From assembly GCA_029856155.1 (NCBI GenBank), contig JAHQWL010000089.1, forward strand, positions 1-16,224: 16,224 nucleotides of DNA, read 5' to 3'. The position numbers and the translations under genes are program-made. This document shows, piece by piece, positions 8,333 through 16,224 of the stretch. The stretch comes from Promethearchaeia archaeon (lineage in GTDB: Archaea > Asgardarchaeota > Lokiarchaeia > Sigyniarchaeales > SOKP01). Positions within the stretch are counted from its first letter, which is position 1; each line of letters opens with the position of its first letter. Under the pieces are notes generated by a model, which was not told where the DNA came from, did no database searches, and saw nothing but the letters and a program-made list of their open reading frames with translations.

Positions 8333-8563
8333 ATGAGAACTAATATTGTAATTGATGATGATTTAAAGGAGAAGTGGTGGGAGATTAAAAGAGAAGCAGA
8401 TCATCTCAATATGAAAATTGGTGATTACATTATTTTTTGTCATGATCTCAGAAAAAAAATGGTTAATAAGGATAAGATTCTTAAGATTTTAGAAAATCCG
8501 TTATCTGAGGGTTTAAAAGACATAGATGTAATAAAGGCAAGTAAGAGTATGTGGAAATCATGA
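8333..8563 (+). CDS. vapB: Antitoxin (VapB-like, RHH-type N-terminus)
   Basis: MRTNIVIDDDL N-terminus; stop overlaps the PIN gene start (ATGA at 8560-8563). Confidence 0.8.
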   Translation: MRTNIVIDDDLKEKWWEIKREADHLNMKIGDYIIFCHDLRKKMVNKDKILKILENPLSEGLKDIDVIKASKSMWKS

Positions 8564-8967
8564 GAGGAATCGATTCGAACATTCTTGTGTATGCATTAAA
8601 TAAAGATCTTCCTGGACATCTACCTTGTAAGGAACTTTTAATTAACATTGTTAATGGGAAAGAGCTCATAGGCATTCCTTCAATAGTATTTATGGAATGT
8701 TTTCATGCGTTAGTTAAGGCATTTAAATACAAAGAGGTTGAGGTTAAGAAGCGGTTAGTTGCAATTATTGATTCGATAAATATCAATGTACTAGACGTTT
8801 CTACATCTTCAATATTATTTGCATTTGAAATAGCTGAAAAATATAGAAATGGAGGGAGGGATTCCCTAATTGCAGCAAGTTTATTGGAAAATAAGATTCA
8901 AGAGATTTATTCTCATGATTCAGATTTTGATAAAATAAAGCTTATAAAACGGATTGATCCAATTTAA
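8560..8967 (+). CDS. vapC: PIN-domain toxin (VapC)
   Basis: IDSNILVYA, E in the helix (FMECF), RDSLIAA, IYSHDSDFD acidic PIN residues; the ATG at 8560 is preferred over the track's GTG at 8551. Confidence 0.92.
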   Translation: MRGIDSNILVYALNKDLPGHLPCKELLINIVNGKELIGIPSIVFMECFHALVKAFKYKEVEVKKRLVAIIDSININVLDVSTSSILFAFEIAEKYRNGGRDSLIAASLLENKIQEIYSHDSDFDKIKLIKRIDPI

Positions 8968-9003
8968 CTTAAATTACTAGGTAATTTCGACTTATATTAT
9001 CTC

Positions 9004-9040
9004 TCTCTAATATTCCCTCCTCTGTGGTGTCCTCTCCTAA
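9004..9040 (+). repeat. Direct repeat copy 1 flanking TA module 2
   Basis: tctctaatattccctcctctgtggtgtcctctcctaa; 32/37 match to 9991-10026. Confidence 0.8.
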
Positions 9041-9059
9041 AAAAGGGGTACTAATAATA

Positions 9060-9476
9060 TTAGTTTCCGCTTAAATTTGAGGGAATTAACCCTTTAAAGT
9101 GTTTATCAAAGGTAGCTAAAAAATTGCAGTTTAAACGTTTGCAATGAATTAAAATGGAGCTATCCGTAAAAGATAATCTTTTTTCCTTATATTTTTGAAA
9201 GACCTCCCAAGAATTCTTAAAATCGTCATCCGTTTGACTAATAATCTTTATCTTTCTATTCTTCAAAAGGTAATTTCCCAAATTTATCGCAAAATCAGGA
9301 CGTTTTATTCTTACCAATGCTAATGTCACCAATTCATTAAACACTAATGTAGAGGTATATATCTCCCCAAATTCATTTTTTAGAAACCTCCTCATCCAAG
9401 ATTGTGCAATTTCGAAATTTTTATCATCCTTGTTCTTAATTGCCAATAAAAATCCTGTATCTAAAAAAACAGCCAT
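9060..9476 (-). CDS. vapC: PIN-domain toxin (VapC)
   Basis: VFLDTGFLLA, VFNELVT, LSFTDSS, ATFDKHF motifs. Confidence 0.93.
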   Translation of the reverse strand: MAVFLDTGFLLAIKNKDDKNFEIAQSWMRRFLKNEFGEIYTSTLVFNELVTLALVRIKRPDFAINLGNYLLKNRKIKIISQTDDDFKNSWEVFQKYKEKRLSFTDSSILIHCKRLNCNFLATFDKHFKGLIPSNLSGN

Positions 9477-9478
9477 TT

Positions 9479-9763
9479 TTATTCTTCCCCATTTGACTGA
9501 TATAAAATTTCATCGACTCTTTCAGATAAATCTTTAATACCTAACTCAAAAATATCGTCCAATCCTTTCCATGCGTGATCATCAATTATTGATTCTAAAA
9601 CTTCATTTTCTTCAAGACCTTCAGCTATTAGTGCATCCTCAATCATCTTTGCTACAAGATCCTTCTTGCTTATTTTTTTTCCTCTTAAAGTTAAATGAGA
9701 AACCAATCTATCCAACAATTTCAAATGTTTTTTATCAATCCGTATGGTACTTATGAAAATCAC
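9479..9763 (-). CDS. Putative antitoxin of TA module 2
   Basis: STIRID RHH-like N-terminus, acidic C-half ending DLSERVDEILY; 2 nt upstream of the PIN gene. Confidence 0.78.
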   Translation of the reverse strand: MIFISTIRIDKKHLKLLDRLVSHLTLRGKKISKKDLVAKMIEDALIAEGLEENEVLESIIDDHAWKGLDDIFELGIKDLSERVDEILYQSNGEE

Positions 9764-9777
9764 TTTTTTTGTATCTT

Positions 9778-9793
9778 TGTATACTAGTATACA
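9778..9793. promoter_or_regulatory. Palindromic operator of TA module 2
   Basis: Perfect 16-bp palindrome TGTATACTAGTATACA just upstream of the antitoxin start. Confidence 0.7.
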
Positions 9794-9990
9794 TAAATTT
9801 AAAATATATTAATTTTTTGATTTATTAACATAAAAGAACCTTTCCAAATGTGTTTATCTTAAAATTGCTAATTTTGAGAGATCTTCATATTTTATTCATC
9901 TCTGACGAAATTTATCCAATAAACAAAGATAGATCATTTCATTTTTAAAATTTTCTTATTAAAAAGAGTTTTCTTTTAATTTATTCTGTT

Positions 9991-10026
9991 TCTCTATTAT
10001 TCCCTCCCCCGTGGTGCCTCCCCTAA
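9991..10026 (+). repeat. Direct repeat copy 2 flanking TA module 2
   Basis: tctctattattccctcccccgtggtgcctcccctaa; matches 9004-9040. Confidence 0.8.
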
Positions 10027-10180
10027 TTACTTTGGGAAAAAGAAAGAATTAAAATAAAAAGAAAAAAGAATTCTATAAGTAATTTAAGTATAAAGAAATT
10101 TCAATTATAAATGAATTATGTTTACTGACAAAACTAGGAGTGTAATTAACAACAAAAAAAAAGATTGATTGATTTAACCA

Positions 10181-10474
10181 TTATTTTTTAATAATATCTT
10201 TCATTTTTTTATCCAGATTACTTGAAGCTTCAGCATGGCTCTTTCCATGTACTAGTGTGTCTGTTCCATATTCTGAACTTGCTAATACACTTGCTCCAGC
10301 TGCACTAATTGTTGCTACTCCCGCTTGCACTCCTGCTCCAATAGCCTTTCTCTTCTCTACCACAATATCTAAGAATGTTATTGTTGGAATGAGTTGGGTT
10401 CGTATAAGTGCTTTGGAATAAGGAATATCTCGCTCAGATCTACTCGCATAATATCTCCATCCATGAGCATCAGT
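10181..10474 (-). pseudogene. Probable 3' remnant of an unknown gene (DAHGWRYYASRSERDIPYSKALIRTQL...DIIKK)
   Basis: The frame of track ORF 10181..10363 stays open up to 10474 with no ATG and is cut at the junction with the duplicated fragment at 10469. Confidence 0.5.
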
Positions 10475-10588
10475 TCAACGGGATTTTGGGTAAACCGAGT
10501 AGTTGTTATATAGCCGAGTTGTACGTAATCAAACTGACGAATGGAAAATAATCCCCATATCCAAATTTGAACGCTATTATAGATAATA
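10469..10588 (-). repeat. Duplicated internal fragment of the 11537..12208 gene
   Basis: 10469-10563 matches 11997-12091 at 93/95; weaker match continues (10564-10588 vs 12092-12116, 18/25); no start codon in frame upstream. Confidence 0.92.
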
Positions 10589-10776
10589 TTAGGTCTAATA
10601 AAACGAAAATGAGGGATTTTCTATTTTTATATTTTTCAAAAATATTGATTATACCCTTTATGAATAAAGATTAATTTAAAATTAAATAATATTTTTCTTA
10701 TTTTTTTCATAATAATGTTTTAAAGTTCGTCATTAATTTTTATTATATTCAATAATCTCTTAAGAGAAGAAGTAGA

Positions 10777-11082
10777 ATGCCAAATATACAAATTACAGTG
10801 ATAAAACGATTTAGTCCAGAAGATGTTTTTGGACATGAATACAAAAACTCTACTGGAAAAGTAGTAGAGAAATGCCATTTTGAAGATGGTCAAGAATGGA
10901 TAAGTGAAGATGGAGAGATGCCTGAAGGTTTTTGTGATTGGGCATGGACTGATTTAGCTCGGAGTATAGATTTTCTGCGGTCTAGCGATTTTAAGAAATG
11001 GGCAGAAGATGGAATAACGTATGTTGCATGTTCTGATGGAACAAGGCCTGTGTGTTTCAAACTTAAAAGAATTGAAGATTAA
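10777..11082 (+). CDS. TIGR04076-family-like protein
   Basis: ITVIK...C.F.DGQEW....MPEGFCDWAW.DL ... ACSDGTRPV.FKLKRI pattern. Confidence 0.85.
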   Translation: MPNIQITVIKRFSPEDVFGHEYKNSTGKVVEKCHFEDGQEWISEDGEMPEGFCDWAWTDLARSIDFLRSSDFKKWAEDGITYVACSDGTRPVCFKLKRIED

Positions 11083-11320
11083 TATTTAGCATGGATTACA
11101 AAGAGGAAATATATTTATTAATAAATATATTTTAACAAGAACAAGAATATACCTTGTTGCTTACATGCGACTTTGGAATTTTGTGCTTTTTACCTTTCTA
11201 AACCAGAAGCGAAATTAATGTTTTCTTGAGTGGTATCAAAATAATCTTCACACACTTTAGCAAATTATATACAACTTCCTAGAAGTTCTGGTAGAAAGAG
11301 ATTATAAGTAAAAAAAAAAT

Positions 11321-11428
11321 TTATTCTATAGGTTCAACGATTTGTATTATTTCTACAAAAAAGAAAGATTATAAATAAGTAGAAAAAGAAAACTATTCTA
11401 TTGGTTCAATGACTTGAATTACTTCTGC
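11321..11428 (-). repeat. Two tandem displaced copies of the MFS gene 3' end (72-bp period)
   Basis: 11321-11356 encodes VEIIQIVEPIE* and 11393-11428 encodes AEVIQVIEPIE*, versus intact TEVVQVIEPIE*; spacer 11357-11392 resembles the MFS trailer 14537-14571. Confidence 0.85.
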
Positions 11429-11469
11429 GTGATGTACTCGTTAACCTTGATTTCTTTTTCAACAGGCAA
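11428..11469 (-). pseudogene. 5' stub of a 'KEFKVNEYIT'-type gene fused to an MFS 3'-end copy
   Basis: TTG at 11469 gives MPVEKEIKVNEYIT, which resembles the start of 12324..12557, then runs directly into the repeat. Confidence 0.5.
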
Positions 11470-11536
11470 TCTTATCTAATTTTTCTTTCCATAGGAATTC
11501 AACAATTAGATTAATGACCTATATGTCTTATTTATC

Positions 11537-12208
11537 TTAACTATCTGGAAAACTTTTAAGATTAAATCCACAATTAATGCAATATTTTTGATTGGTATCT
11601 ACAACCTTTTCTCCACAAGTAGGGCAAAATTTAAAGGAATGTGGAACCTGACTGTAATCATAAGGAGTAGGAGCTTCTGGTTTCGTAAGGGTGATGACTT
11701 CCTTTGGTAGTTTTGGGCTCATCTTTGCGGCAGCATATCCAATTAATGACAATACAGCACCAAGAAAAGGTCCTATTACACCAAATCCAGGATTGATATA
11801 CTCCCAAAAACTTATTCCTGTTTCTATTTGTGTATAAATTTCAAAGCCTATAATCCAGATAAGTGCTCCAATTATCAGTAATATTGAAGGTTTAATCCAT
11901 TTCTTACCTGTAATATCTGTTTTTCTGCTTGAATTTGCACTGGAAATAAGTCCTAATGCTCCAGAGAATACTAATAACGTAGCACTGATAGAAATTATCA
12001 GTTCAACGGGATTTTGGGTAAACCGAGTAGTTGTTATATAGCCAAGTTGTACGTAATCAAACTGACGAATGGAAAATAATCCCCACATCCATACCTGCAT
12101 ACTATTAAAGATAATAGAAACCGAAGCTGCAGGTGTTAATAATCCTATTAATGCAACTATCCCTCCGATAAGAGGAAGTATCCATATGTGTTCTGTATTA
12201 TCGCCCAT
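11537..12208 (-). CDS. Membrane protein (about 4 TM) with C-terminal zinc ribbon
   Basis: Hydrophobic segments; C-terminal KFCPTCG-x8-YCINCG. Confidence 0.85.
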   Translation of the reverse strand: MGDNTEHIWILPLIGGIVALIGLLTPAASVSIIFNSMQVWMWGLFSIRQFDYVQLGYITTTRFTQNPVELIISISATLLVFSGALGLISSANSSRKTDITGKKWIKPSILLIIGALIWIIGFEIYTQIETGISFWEYINPGFGVIGPFLGAVLSLIGYAAAKMSPKLPKEVITLTKPEAPTPYDYSQVPHSFKFCPTCGEKVVDTNQKYCINCGFNLKSFPDS

Positions 12209-12323
12209 TTTTTATCATCTCTCATATATTAAATTACACATAAAAGATAATTTTCGTCTTATTTTTGTGTAAGATACATTCAGTTATAAATGAATATTAT
12301 TTCTATATAGAACGACATAATTT

Positions 12324-12557
12324 CTATATATTAGACAGAGGAATTTTCTTGGCCTTTTCTTTAGTTTCATCCTTAGCTTTCTTATATTTATCTATATATT
12401 CATCGATTGACTCAAAATCATAATAGTTTAAATCTTCTATAAGTATCTCGATTAGAACAGCCTTACATCTTAAGATTTTCTTATCATTTACATAGATATT
12501 TGTTATCCCGTTCTCGAGTTTTAGACTTAGAAATTCATTGATCACAAACTCCTTCAT
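12324..12557 (-). pseudogene. Likely truncated N-terminal domain of Lokiarchaeal LRR-associated proteins
   Basis: MKEFVINEFLSLKLENGITNIYVN...CK..L...ESIDE matches that N-terminal domain as I recall it; it stops at KIPLSNI, before the usual EEFWGHCSNLQ-type continuation. Confidence 0.6.
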
Positions 12558-12657
12558 TATTTAAAAAATATCATTTCGGCTATTTAATTAGGAACTGTAT
12601 TTTGAGTTTTAGGTTTATGAATTTACATACATAAAAATTTCAAAAAGTTAATTTAAA

Positions 12658-12831
12658 TTAATATATATATAAAATAATAGAGATTTTTCCTCTTAATCTT
12701 AAATCTGTAAGAACTGTACTAGGACACCAATTTTTAAGCCCCATCCCAGATCCTCCCAAAGGTAACTTCCCATTTTCCTTCAAGATTAAGAGTAGATGTT
12801 TTTCTCCCGTTAACATAATGTAATTCTCCAT
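12658..12831 (-). pseudogene. 57-codon 5' fragment resembling the GPP34/GOLPH3 family N-terminus
   Basis: Hand-translated MENYIMLTGEKHLLLILKENGKLPLGGSGMGLKNWCPSTVLTDLRLRGKISIILYIY*; ExLLLL...GK...VLxDLxLRGKI pattern; ends in an AT microsatellite. Confidence 0.5.
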
Positions 12832-12990
12832 TTATGTTAGATAATAACAAGAAAAAGTTGTAAAAAGCCTTTCTTTTTTACTAAGTTTTGGAATGTAATT
12901 CGGAGATATTTTTTACAAAAAAGTCTGTATATAATAGTTGATACCTAAAGATCTTAAAGTTTAACAATTAAAAAATAAAAGAAAAAAAAA

Positions 12991-13143
12991 TTATTCTACT
13001 GGTTCAATAACTTGAATTATTTCTGCAGTTTGTGTTATTTCTTCTGCTTCTTCAACTTCCTCTGCTTTTTCAACTTCTTCTGATTTCGACATTATTTCTC
13101 TTTCAATGATTTAAAGTTATTTTATTTTCGTGAAAAACTATAT
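12991..13143 (-). pseudogene. Displaced ~150-bp 3' end of the MFS gene
   Basis: Encodes I*FFTKIK*L*IIEREIMSKSEEVEKAEEVEEAEEITQTAEIIQVIEPVE* versus intact IWFFTKIRQLEVIEREIMAKSEEDEKVEEITQSTEVVQVIEPIE*; three nonsense changes. Confidence 0.92.
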
Positions 13144-13282
13144 AATAATTGGAAATAATATTATGATTTAAGGAAGGAGAACTTTACTCACATATAATAA
13201 GTATTTTTTGCTATAATGGTATTAAGCATTTATAAATGAGTAAAAATTAATAAGCAAGGTTTGAATTTTTTTCGATCAGATT

Positions 13283-14500
13283 ATGGCTGAAATAATAATC
13301 TGGGACATCCCATCAATATTCTTGAGCGGTATAGCCTTCAGCATATTATGTATAGGTGGTTTCCTATATTTAAATAAGGGTGTTAAAAGTGAAAGCTTCA
13401 ACGAAAAGATTATTATTTTTGGATATGCTGCGATATTTCTTTCATTTGCTTGCTTAGTTTTTTTTTTTGCTTTAGCTTCTTCATATATGGCTGGTATTTA
13501 TATGAATTTTGCATTTTTTACGGATTCAAGTCAAATTAATGCACTTTCAGATATTTTTTATAGAGTAACTTATAGTTCACTTTTTTTTGGCTTTCTTTTT
13601 TTTATTTTGTTGTTTGAGATTAATTTTAAACGGACAAAATATATTTTATCAATCATCGGATTTTTAATTAACATTACAACATTACTAATAGCTCCTATCA
13701 ACTCTGAAATAAATTTACTTCCATATGCATACAATTTATTGATGGCGGTTTTAGTTATAATAATATTTACAAACTGGTCAAAATTTGAATATAGAATAAT
13801 ATCCTCTTATATCATGATGGGATTAGTCTGTATTGGATGGGCAGGTGCTTTTTTGGGCATACCATTTCTTTATGGGCGGAATCTTTTGCCAATGTGGATA
13901 TCTTCTTTATTAATTTGTATTGGGGGAATAATAATGATAATTACTCTATTTATTACCCCTACAAATCTTTCTCGTTCATGGTTTTATGGACAATTTTTTT
14001 GTCAATTTTTTATTATCAGTTTACAAATCATATTTATGTTAGTTTTTATATTTGGAGGACTTCCTATTATTGCAACAATTTTAATCATAGTTTCCACCTT
14101 TCTTTATATATACATGTTATTTTCTAACATAAAATCTATAAAAACTTATCAAGCAGGAACGATTTCCTCACAAGAAAAAGAATTGCATCCAGACATTCTA
14201 AGTATGTTTGTTCGACCTCAAAAGCTTACCGAAGAAGAAGTTTCTGTTGCTAAAGAAAAGAAAATTTGTTTAGTCTACAAAAACAAAGTCACGAGGTTCA
14301 ATATCTTTATTTGTCCAGAATGTGATACATTATATTGCGAAAACTGTGCTAAAGCGCTTAGCGATTTAGAAAATACATGTTGGGTTTGTGGAGTTTCATT
14401 AGATCCTTCGAAACCTTCGAAAACTGTTCATGAAATGGCTGACAATCTTGAATTTATAGTTTCTAATGATACGCAAAAGTTTAAAAAATTACCAAAATAA
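13283..14500 (+). CDS. Multi-pass membrane protein with C-terminal Cys-rich (RING/zinc-finger-like) domain
   Basis: About 8-9 hydrophobic segments, then RPQKLTEEEVSVAKEKKICLVY..ICPECDTLYCENC..ENTCWVC. Confidence 0.85.
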   Translation: MAEIIIWDIPSIFLSGIAFSILCIGGFLYLNKGVKSESFNEKIIIFGYAAIFLSFACLVFFFALASSYMAGIYMNFAFFTDSSQINALSDIFYRVTYSSLFFGFLFFILLFEINFKRTKYILSIIGFLINITTLLIAPINSEINLLPYAYNLLMAVLVIIIFTNWSKFEYRIISSYIMMGLVCIGWAGAFLGIPFLYGRNLLPMWISSLLICIGGIIMIITLFITPTNLSRSWFYGQFFCQFFIISLQIIFMLVFIFGGLPIIATILIIVSTFLYIYMLFSNIKSIKTYQAGTISSQEKELHPDILSMFVRPQKLTEEEVSVAKEKKICLVYKNKVTRFNIFICPECDTLYCENCAKALSDLENTCWVCGVSLDPSKPSKTVHEMADNLEFIVSNDTQKFKKLPK

Positions 14501-14571
14501 GTCATACGAGATTCTTGAGAGAACTTAAAATTATGCAAAAAGAAAGAGTATAAATAAAAAAGAAAAAAAAT

Positions 14572-15885
14572 TTATTCGATTGGTTCAATAACTTGAACTA
14601 CTTCTGTAGATTGTGTTATTTCTTCTACTTTTTCATCCTCTTCTGATTTAGCCATTATTTCTCTTTCGATAACTTCAAGCTGTCTTATTTTCGTGAAAAA
14701 CCAAATAAAAAACGGTTGGATTATTCCAAGAATCGCAGCGATTAGAAATAGAAATTTTATTCCTAATAATATTGCCAATGGTCCTGCAATAAGTGCGCCT
14801 ATTGGAGCTATCGCCATAGAAATCATGTGATCAATAGACATTATTCTACCCATTTTGTCTTTTGAAACAACGGTCTGTAATATTGCTAAGTATGTGGAAA
14901 CTGTAATCGGAAAAAGTACCCATGCTGGAAAGAGAGATATTATCATAATAACAAAATTCCCCCTAGGAGCAAGAATTGCGGGTATTTGACATACAAAGAA
15001 TAATGCGGCTCCAATAATATTAATCTTAATTTTATGCTTCCAGGTTTTCTTAAGTGAAGTAATGATAGATCCAAGGATGTTTCCAACTTGACTTGAAGTC
15101 ATTATCAATGCAAGATCTAATGCTGAACCACCATGTGTATCATATATGAAATTAGGGAGCAGAACCGCCCAAGGTCGGTGAATGAAGTTCCATATCATGG
15201 CAAAAGCAATCATTGCAAATAATCCTGGAATCATTTTAATTGTCAATAATCCTGTTTTAAAATCCTTAAACATTGACTTTTTTACTGCTTCTTCAGTAGT
15301 CTGGGGTATTTTTGGAATTTTTATTATTAATAATGGAACCATAGCAATCAAGAATGTTACAATATCGAGAAGAAAGATCATTTCTGTCTTTGGAATGAAC
15401 GCCATAAGAGTGGCTGCTATCATTGGACCTACACTATATATGAGCCCAGAACTCAAAAAATTCATCCCATTAACTCTACTTAGGTTATCTCGTGGAACCA
15501 TAACAGGGATTAAGGATTGTACTGCAGGGAGTTGAAATGCAAATGATGCTGCTCTAAATGTATTTATTATGAGAATAAATACGATACTCTGCATATCCAA
15601 AAGGAAAAATATGAAAAGCAAAAACGTTAACCCTGCTTGCATCGAATCCGATATAGCAATAATTGCCTTTTTATTCCATCGATCTGAAATTACTCCAGAA
15701 AATGGTGTAACAAGAACTTGCGGGAGAAACATCAAAAACACTGAAATTGAAAGATAAATAACATTAGAGGCCATGTACCACGTGATAACAAAACCAACTA
15801 TCATTGAACCTAACATAGAGAATTGTTGGCCTAGCAAAAAATAAAGGTAGTGATGAAATGATTTTTTATTAGTTTTTTCTGCCAT
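14572..15885 (-). CDS. MFS transporter, DHA3/Mef-like efflux family
   Basis: GQQFSMLGS, PFSGVISDRWNKK (motif A), PAVQSLIPVMVPRDNLSRVNG, LQTVVSKDKMGR; about 12 TM. Confidence 0.93.
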   Translation of the reverse strand: MAEKTNKKSFHHYLYFLLGQQFSMLGSMIVGFVITWYMASNVIYLSISVFLMFLPQVLVTPFSGVISDRWNKKAIIAISDSMQAGLTFLLFIFFLLDMQSIVFILIINTFRAASFAFQLPAVQSLIPVMVPRDNLSRVNGMNFLSSGLIYSVGPMIAATLMAFIPKTEMIFLLDIVTFLIAMVPLLIIKIPKIPQTTEEAVKKSMFKDFKTGLLTIKMIPGLFAMIAFAMIWNFIHRPWAVLLPNFIYDTHGGSALDLALIMTSSQVGNILGSIITSLKKTWKHKIKINIIGAALFFVCQIPAILAPRGNFVIMIISLFPAWVLFPITVSTYLAILQTVVSKDKMGRIMSIDHMISMAIAPIGALIAGPLAILLGIKFLFLIAAILGIIQPFFIWFFTKIRQLEVIEREIMAKSEEDEKVEEITQSTEVVQVIEPIE

Positions 15886-15976
15886 TATTGTTTACCTATT
15901 TTATTATTTCTTATCTTTATTATTCCTAAATCGTTCTTTTTATTTATAGATTAATTAGATGAACTTTTATTGAACT

Positions 15977-16159
15977 TTAAGTTTGATATTGAACTATTTC
16001 TTTTCTAGCGTCCTCCTCTTCAAAAATAATTGATTTCTTGGATATTAAAGATAAATCACATCCAGGACAAGAAATAATTTCATTATCAATTATAATATAC
16101 ATACTATTACAATAGGGACAATGACAATTTCCTACAAATTTCGTTTTTTTTACATCCAT
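15977..16159 (-). CDS. Small zinc-finger protein
   Basis: CHCPYC-x12-CPGC; GAGTGA upstream of the ATG; co-oriented with MFS. Confidence 0.65.
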   Translation of the reverse strand: MDVKKTKFVGNCHCPYCNSMYIIIDNEIISCPGCDLSLISKKSIIFEEEDARKEIVQYQT

Positions 16160-16189
16160 ACGTTTTCACTCTTCTATATAAAAATTATA

Positions 16190-16208
16190 GGCGAGTTAGA
16201 GTCTCGCC
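16190..16208. terminator. GC-rich hairpin near the window edge
   Basis: GGCGAG-ttagagt-CTCGCC; context is cut off by the window end. Confidence 0.3.
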
Positions 16209-16224
16209 CGTACTCTTTTGTTAC

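Noticed and set aside
11091-11310. Possible gene remnant downstream of the TIGR04076-like gene
   Set aside because: All frames checked are interrupted by stops and I recognise no family motif.
11321-11428. CRISPR-like array (36-bp units, 72-bp period)
   Set aside because: The units are diverged copies of the MFS coding end and the 'spacer' is its trailer; only two units; no cas genes.
10469-12091. Diversity-generating retroelement TR/VR pair
   Set aside because: Only two mismatches in the core, and they are not adenine-specific on one template strand; no reverse transcriptase in the window.
12690-12792. MITE or ncRNA bounded by a 14-bp imperfect inverted repeat (CTCTTAATCTTaAA / TTcAAGATTAAGAG)
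   Set aside because: Both arms lie inside the GPP34-like reading frame, no target-site duplication is evident, and there is a single copy; more likely coincidental.
250-15757. Track ORFs 250..555, 882..1271, 6342..6527, 6918..7103, 8481..8675, 9571..9756, 12069..12272, 13837..14127, 15182..15535, 15569..15757
   Set aside because: Antisense or alternate-frame shadows of better-supported genes or promoter regions, with no recognisable motifs.

Overview
AT-rich archaeal-type window. The gene families suggest Lokiarchaeia/Promethearchaeota (Asgard): tandem wHTH-TPR protein, 'KEFxxNExxxLKLE' N-terminal domain, multi-TM protein with a C-terminal Cys-rich finger, and GTGA/GGAGG RBS-like motifs; this assignment is inference. 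Left part (1-8230): end of a NosD-like beta-helix surface protein and a VOC protein; a hidden minus-strand operon of four microproteins, two of them paralogous CxxC-x14-CxxC zinc ribbons missing from the ORF track; divergently, a 986-aa double-wHTH/TPR protein followed by a radical-SAM-like protein lacking its CxxxCxxC motif; then a thioredoxin/Cys-tailed HTH pair and another wHTH protein that shares an upstream motif with the wHTH-TPR gene. Middle (8300-10030): two convergent VapBC-type toxin-antitoxin modules, each with a palindromic operator, the second bracketed by ~37-bp direct repeats. Right part (10030-16224): a scrambled accessory region downstream of an MFS transporter, with at least three displaced, diverged copies of the transporter's 3' end plus trailer, interleaved with intact genes and gene fragments. 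No integrase, transposase, tRNA, rRNA or CRISPR array was seen.
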